Notes under the pieces: generated by a model
Told to the model about the DNA's origin: nothing
Database searches by the model: none
The model's input: the letters and a program-made list of their open reading frames with translations, nothing else
Translations under genes and position numbers: made by a program
Source: Bacteroidales bacterium
GTDB lineage: Bacteria > Bacteroidota > Bacteroidia > Bacteroidales > WCHB1-69
Direction of reading: 5' to 3'
DNA length: 64,000 bases
NCBI GenBank assembly: GCA_017633255.1
Contig: JAGBPS010000024.1
Location: 80,592 to 144,591, forward strand
Shown here: positions 59,307-64,000 of the stretch, in pieces
Layout: every line of letters starts with the position of its first letter
Position numbering within the stretch: the first letter of the stretch is position 1

Positions 59307-61082
59307 TTAACCCTGTTCACGCAATTGTTGGATGGTTATATCTTTGCCTACTTCCACCCCCGTGCGGATCTCCACACCGATCTCACGCATGATGTCAATT
59401 TCGGCCTTGATGACCTCTTTGTCCAATTTATAGGAAGGAATGCCGTATTGCAGCATACCGCCGGGAATCTCGTTCTTCTCGAACACAGTGGGTTTATAGC
59501 CCATGGTAGCCAGATAATAAGCACAACTCAAACCAGCGGGACCACCACCGATGATGGCGATTTTCTCTTCCCAGTGCTCCTGCACGTTGGAACAGATATT
59601 CACCTCCGGCACAAAGCGGGTATCCGCCTTCAAATCCTGCTCCGCAATGAACTTCTTCACCGCATCAATGGCTATCGGTTGGTCAATGGTGCCACGTGTG
59701 CAGGCATCCTCGCAGCGACGGTTGCACACGCGACCGCATACTGCCGGAAACGGATTCTCTCGCTTGATCAATTCCAAAGCCTCGGTATATTTGCCTTCGG
59801 CGGCTTTCTTCAGATAGCCCTGCACAGCGATATGGGCGGGACAAGCGGTCTTGCAAGGCGCAGTACCCGTCGGGTAGCAGTTGATACGGTTCTTGTCACG
59901 ATAATCCTCATCCCATTTGTGGGGACCCCACTTGCTGGCATCAGGCAGTTCCTGCTTGGGATAGGTCTGTTCGCCATGTTTGGTACACAGCTTCTGCCCC
60001 AGTCTGACGGCTCCGGCAGGACAGTATTCCACGCAGCGTCCACAAGCCACACAACTGGTAGGATCCACTTTTGCCACGTAAGCACTACGCGACAAATTCG
60101 GGGTGTTGAATAGTTGAGATGTTCTTAAAGCATTGCAAATCTTAACATTACAATTGCAGATAGCGAATATCTTGCCTTCACCATCGATGTTGGTCACCTG
60201 ATGGACGAAGCCATGATCCTCGGCTTTTTTCAGAATATCCATCGCCTCATCGTAGGTGATATAATGGCCACGGTTGGTCTCCACCAGATATTCGGTCATG
60301 TCGCCTACGCCGATACACCAGTCACGATAATCGTCAGCGCAGCCTTCCTCGAGTTTCTTGCGACCGTAACGGCACGAGCAAATTCCTACGGCAAGGTGGC
60401 CTTCATAGCGTTTGAGCCAGTAAGAGATATGCTCGATATCAGCGGTCTCGTTCACCATGCTGATGGCTTTTTCCACAGGAATCACATGCATGCCTATGCC
60501 TGAACCGCCCATGGGTACCATCGGAGTGACTTTCTCCAGAGGCAGAAACGTCATTCTTTCAAAAAACATCGCCAACTCGGGATGCTTGTCCATCAACTCC
60601 ACATTCATATTTGTGTATTCCGCACTACCAGGAACAAACATCGGCACCCAGTAAATACGGTCCTTGCGCTCGTAAGAAGTACCAGGCACAGGGCCTTCCT
60701 TGGTATATTTGTCGCCATAGTCGTATTCCAACATGCCAAAATAAGCCAGCTTGTCGAGCAGTTCGTCAAAGGACTTGTCATCCGGGGTATAATGCTTTTT
60801 GCCATTCCACTCGTGGAGTTGGGCATAGCTGTGATGTTCTCTCACTTTGAAAAAGTTGCCGGGAAGCATATCCAAGAGCAAATCCAACGAAGCCTCGCGG
60901 GTCACAGCATCCATTTCATCTTCGAAAATGCATGCGAGGCCCCAATACTCGGGAGCGTCGGTGGTCATTTTAATCTTTCCGGGAACACGGTCCGTAACAT
61001 GACGGACGAATTTGATCAATTTTGGGTTCGGATTCTTGTCCCCTCTGTGTTTGGGAACAAATTTGTTGGACATTTCAGGCAT
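59307..61082 (-). CDS. N-terminal fragment of an Fe-S/FAD oxidoreductase: unassigned Cys-rich domain, 4Fe-4S motifs and FAD-binding start of a GltD-like domain
   Basis: 591 aa. Cys motifs CSCR, CNCNVKIC, CVACGRCVEYCP; GltD-type cluster region CKTACPAHI..PFPAVCGRVCNRRCEDACTRG; FAD dinucleotide motif IAIIGGGPAGLSCAYYL. It ends at an in-frame TAA in the middle of the flavoprotein fold. Confidence 0.8.
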   Translation of the reverse strand: MPEMSNKFVPKHRGDKNPNPKLIKFVRHVTDRVPGKIKMTTDAPEYWGLACIFEDEMDAVTREASLDLLLDMLPGNFFKVREHHSYAQLHEWNGKKHYTPDDKSFDELLDKLAYFGMLEYDYGDKYTKEGPVPGTSYERKDRIYWVPMFVPGSAEYTNMNVELMDKHPELAMFFERMTFLPLEKVTPMVPMGGSGIGMHVIPVEKAISMVNETADIEHISYWLKRYEGHLAVGICSCRYGRKKLEEGCADDYRDWCIGVGDMTEYLVETNRGHYITYDEAMDILKKAEDHGFVHQVTNIDGEGKIFAICNCNVKICNALRTSQLFNTPNLSRSAYVAKVDPTSCVACGRCVEYCPAGAVRLGQKLCTKHGEQTYPKQELPDASKWGPHKWDEDYRDKNRINCYPTGTAPCKTACPAHIAVQGYLKKAAEGKYTEALELIKRENPFPAVCGRVCNRRCEDACTRGTIDQPIAIDAVKKFIAEQDLKADTRFVPEVNICSNVQEHWEEKIAIIGGGPAGLSCAYYLATMGYKPTVFEKNEIPGGMLQYGIPSYKLDKEVIKAEIDIMREIGVEIRTGVEVGKDITIQQLREQG

Positions 61083-61100
61083 ACAGAGTTATATTTTATA

Positions 61101-61339
61101 TGTTGGTGATTTCATGTTAATGAGCTGCGCTGTTAATGAGCTGCGCTGTTGGTGATTTCATGTTAATGACTTCGTGTTGGTGAGCTTCGCTGTTAATGAG
61201 CTTCGCTGTTGGTGACTTCGTGTTAGGGAGCTGCGCTGTTGGTGATTTCATGTTGGTGACTTCGTGTTTACAACATTTACTTTATAACATTCACTCATCA
61301 ACATTTACTCAATAACATTCACTCAAAAACATTTACTTC
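61101..61339. repeat. Composite short-unit array, family C (copy C2)
   Basis: Eleven direct 14/16-nt TGTT[AG][AG]TGA-type units, the same TGTTTACAAC junction, then five AACATT[TC]ACTCA-type units ending AACATTTACTTC at the hypB stop codon. Same orientation and architecture as C1. Confidence 0.85.
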
Positions 61340-62013
61340 TATCTTCCTTTCCATCTCATTATCTCTCCGAGGAGCCAGTCGGCGAAAGCATCCACGCCCT
61401 CGCCGGTTTTGGCGGAGATAGGGATGATTTTCGCCTGGGGATTGCGCTCATGAATGTTTTTCGAACATTTTTCCATATCGAAATCAAAATACGGAAGAAC
61501 ATCGGTTTTGTTGACAAGCACGACATCGCACACCGAAAACATCAAAGGATATTTCAGGGCTTTGTCATCACCCTCAGGCACAGAGAGTATCATCACATTG
61601 CGGCAACTGCCGGTATCGAATTCGGCGGGACAAACCAGATTGCCGACATTCTCGAGGATGACCAAATCCACAGCCTCCAAACCCACGTTGTCCAATCCCT
61701 GTCGGGTCATCTCCGCATCCAAATGACACATGCCTCCCGTATGCAACTGTATGGAAGGAATTCCCGTTGCTTCCTTGATTTTCACAGCATCCACATCGCT
61801 GTCGATATCGGCTTCCATCACCGCCACACGGACCTTGTCTTTGATACGGTTGATGGTCTGGATGAGGGTGGTTGTCTTACCGCTGCCTGGCGATGACATC
61901 ACATTAAGCAGATATACTCCCTTCTGTTTCAACTCATTGCGAAGCTCATCCGCAGCCTTGTCATTATCTGCGAACACACTCTTTTTGATTTCTATTACTT
62001 TAACCTCATCCAT
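61339..62013 (-). CDS. hypB: Hydrogenase nickel incorporation GTPase HypB
   Basis: 224 aa. G1 SSPGSGKTT, and the HypB-specific ENVGNLVCPAEFD and NKTD motifs. Confidence 0.9.
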   Translation of the reverse strand: MDEVKVIEIKKSVFADNDKAADELRNELKQKGVYLLNVMSSPGSGKTTTLIQTINRIKDKVRVAVMEADIDSDVDAVKIKEATGIPSIQLHTGGMCHLDAEMTRQGLDNVGLEAVDLVILENVGNLVCPAEFDTGSCRNVMILSVPEGDDKALKYPLMFSVCDVVLVNKTDVLPYFDFDMEKCSKNIHERNPQAKIIPISAKTGEGVDAFADWLLGEIMRWKGR

Positions 62014-62054
62014 AGTATCTGATTATCTCAAAATATCTTGCAAATTTTTCTCTG

Positions 62055-62062
62055 CAAATTTA
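62055..62062 (-). promoter_or_regulatory. -7 box TAAATTTG (minus strand) upstream of hypB
   Basis: Plus-strand CAAATTTA is an exact TAnnTTTG on the minus strand, 42 nt upstream of the ATG at 62013. Confidence 0.45.
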
Positions 62063-62188
62063 CATAAATTTTTTAGATTAATCACTGACGAATAAAATTA
62101 ATTGCTTATTTTTGTGCCTTCTTTTTTATGGAAAAAGAAGAAAGAAAAATGAAAAACTTATCTTGTATTATCTAAATTATTGAATATT

Positions 62189-62638
62189 ATGTCTTTAGAA
62201 CAAAAAATCAACGACGACATCAAAGCCGCGATGCTGGCCAAAGAAAAAGAAAAACTGAACGCCCTGCGCGCCATCAAATCCGCTATTTTGTTGCTGAAAA
62301 CCGAAAAAGGCGGTAGCGATGAAATTGCCCCCGAAGCAGAAATGGCTCTGCTGCAGAAACTGGTGAAACAGCGCAAAGAGTCAGCCGAGCTGTACAAAGC
62401 CCAGAACCGTCAGGATTTGTATGATGAGGAAATGGCTCAGTATGAGGTAATTGCCCAATATCTGCCCAAGCAGCTCTCCGCTGACGAAATCAAAGAAGTG
62501 GTGCAGAAACTGATTGCCGACAACAACATCTCAAGCATCAAGGAGATGGGCAAGCTGATGGGCTTGGCTACCAAACAGTTGGCTGGCAAAGCTGACAACA
62601 AAACTGTTTCAGAGATTGTAAAATCCCTGCTTTCATAA
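62189..62638 (+). CDS. GatB/YqeY domain-containing protein
   Basis: Start trimmed to ATG at 62189 (MSLEQKINDDIKAAMLAKEKEKLNALRAIKSAI). Typical YqeY pattern continues with ..LQKLVKQRKESAELY... Confidence 0.85.
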   Translation: MSLEQKINDDIKAAMLAKEKEKLNALRAIKSAILLLKTEKGGSDEIAPEAEMALLQKLVKQRKESAELYKAQNRQDLYDEEMAQYEVIAQYLPKQLSADEIKEVVQKLIADNNISSIKEMGKLMGLATKQLAGKADNKTVSEIVKSLLS

Positions 62639-62658
62639 ATTTCACCTAACACAGACAG

Positions 62659-63792
62659 ATGAAATACTATATCGTTGCCGGTGAGGCATCGGGCGATTTG
62701 CACGGCTCCAACCTAATAAAAGCCCTCAAACAACGAGACCCCGAGGCGGACTTCCGCTGCTGGGGTGGCGACTTGATGGAGGCTGCCGGCGGGGAGTTGG
62801 TGAAACACTACCGCGATATGGCCTTTATGGGCTTTATCGAGGTGGCTATGCATTTGAGGCAGATTCTCAACAATATTAAAATTTGTGAAATCGACCTGCT
62901 GATGTACGAGCCAGATGTGCTCATCCTCATCGACTATCCCGGCTTCAACCTGCGGGTAGCCGAATTTGCCCACAACAATGGCATCAAGGTGGTGTATTAT
63001 ATCTCGCCGCAAGTGTGGGCCTGGAAGAAAAACCGCATCAAGAAAATCCAACAGTTTGTGGATGAGATGATTGTGATTCTTCCCTTTGAAAAAGAATTCT
63101 ACGAGAAACACAATGTTCCCGTACATTTTGTGGGGCACCCGCTGCTGGATGCCATCGACAGTGACATCCGTGACAGCGAGGCAGTACGACAGTTCCGTTC
63201 GCTCAACAAGCTGGATGATAGAGAAATAATAGCTATTCTTCCCGGCAGCCGCAAGCAGGAAATTGTCAAAATGCTGCCCGTGATGGTGGAAGTGGCCAAA
63301 CAATATCCTCAGTTCCAATTTGTGGTGTCAGGGGTAAAATGGCAGGATAAATCATTGTATGACAAATACTTAAAAAATACCAGCATCCCGTTGGTCATCG
63401 ACCAGACCTATCCGCTGTTGCTGAATGCCAAGTCAGCCTTGGTCACTTCGGGTACCGCTACCTTGGAAACAGCGCTTTTGGGCACCCCGCAGGTGGTTTG
63501 TTACCGTGGCAGCGTCATTTCTTACGTGATTGCCAAGCACCTCATCAAAGGCATCAATTACATTAGTCTGGTGAACCTCATCCTGGACAAACCCGTAGTG
63601 ACGGAGCTCATACAATACGATATGAATGCCCAGCGCCTGGCAGAGGAATTTGAGAAAATCACCTTCGACGAGGCCAACATCAGCCGCATGAAGGAGGAAT
63701 ATGCGCAGCTGCATCAGATTCTGGCTGACAGCAAAGCGTCTGATAACGCGGCAGAAGTGATTATAAACGGAAAGTTGAAAACTGAAAACTGA
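62659..63792 (+). CDS. lpxB: Lipid-A-disaccharide synthase
   Basis: 377 aa. N-terminal MKYYIVAGEASGDLHGSNLIKAL, IDYPGFNLR, YYISPQVWAWKKNR and LPGSR motifs of LpxB. The last codons (..KLKTEN*) lie in repeat sequence. Confidence 0.92.
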   Translation: MKYYIVAGEASGDLHGSNLIKALKQRDPEADFRCWGGDLMEAAGGELVKHYRDMAFMGFIEVAMHLRQILNNIKICEIDLLMYEPDVLILIDYPGFNLRVAEFAHNNGIKVVYYISPQVWAWKKNRIKKIQQFVDEMIVILPFEKEFYEKHNVPVHFVGHPLLDAIDSDIRDSEAVRQFRSLNKLDDREIIAILPGSRKQEIVKMLPVMVEVAKQYPQFQFVVSGVKWQDKSLYDKYLKNTSIPLVIDQTYPLLLNAKSALVTSGTATLETALLGTPQVVCYRGSVISYVIAKHLIKGINYISLVNLILDKPVVTELIQYDMNAQRLAEEFEKITFDEANISRMKEEYAQLHQILADSKASDNAAEVIINGKLKTEN

Positions 63793-63917
63793 AAATTTTT
63801 TATGTGCTAATTATCAATGTGATAAGGTACAAATTAAACTGAAAGTGAAAAGTTGAAAAACTGAAAGTTTTTAATGTGCTAAGGATTAGTTATCTCATTA
63901 GTTAATTCGTTAGTTAA
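63771..63917. repeat. Dispersed AT-rich intergenic element, family A (two tandem inverted-orientation copies)
   Basis: AAAGTTGAAAACTGAAAACTGAAAATTTTTTATGTGCTAATTATCAATGTG is the reverse complement of the right part of copy A1. A second CTGAAAG...TTTTTAATGTGCTAAGGATTAG.. copy follows. Confidence 0.7.
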
Positions 63918-63986
63918 CAAATGAATCTAAAATCTATAAAAACAATTCAACAAATAAACATTTCAACAATTCAACAAAAATTTTAG

Positions 63987-63994
63987 TATTTTTG
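63987..63994 (+). promoter_or_regulatory. -7 box TATTTTTG for a gene beyond the right window edge
   Basis: Exact TAnnTTTG (AGTATTTTTGCAA) 6 nt before the window end. The target gene is not visible. Confidence 0.35.
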
Positions 63995-64000
63995 CAACGA

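Noticed and set aside
59307-59309. Recoding (selenocysteine or pyrrolysine) as the explanation for the in-frame stop in the oxidoreductase.
   Set aside because: The codon is TAA, not TGA or TAG. TAA is used as a normal terminator by many genes in this window, and I saw no SECIS-like hairpin immediately downstream.

Overview
This window looks like a chromosomal segment of a Bacteroidota (Bacteroidales-like) genome. Three proteins end in T9SS C-terminal sorting domains (VYPNPxxD...). Many genes and both tRNAs are preceded by the Bacteroidota -7 promoter box TAnnTTTG, often as TATCTTTGCAG. Gene content is typical for the group. Most of the window is housekeeping: an MsbA-like ABC exporter, mntP, lemA/TPM, udk, ahcY, hppA, waaA, lysS, glnA, dnaG, lpxB, a GH2 beta-galactosidase, a TonB-dependent receptor, S8 and S41 peptidases, and tRNA-Gln and tRNA-Leu. 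I found no transposase, integrase, CRISPR/cas, rRNA or recognisable defence system. Four things stand out. (1) A single 14.7-kb ORF (14329..29043, minus strand) encodes a 4,904-aa T9SS-sorted giant surface protein with three nested levels of internal repetition, including 24 near-identical 156-bp tandem units; I cannot assign several of its modules to named families. (2) A minus-strand cluster (56134..62013) has hypB and hypA bracketing a roughly 940-aa Fe-S/FAD oxidoreductase that is cut by an in-frame TAA, followed by two membrane proteins of unknown function; no hydrogenase genes are in view. (3) The intergenic spacers carry several dispersed or tandem repeat families: a strictly 22-bp-periodic array, a GACGTGGAGAC/CTTAACG hairpin element, a GCTAATT/AGCACATT element, and a 14/16-nt unit array that sits between cistrons of the hyp cluster. 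(4) A roughly 400-bp hairpin-dense spacer, visibly richer in G+C, lies downstream of tRNA-Leu. All functional calls rest on motifs read by eye, and no database search was possible.
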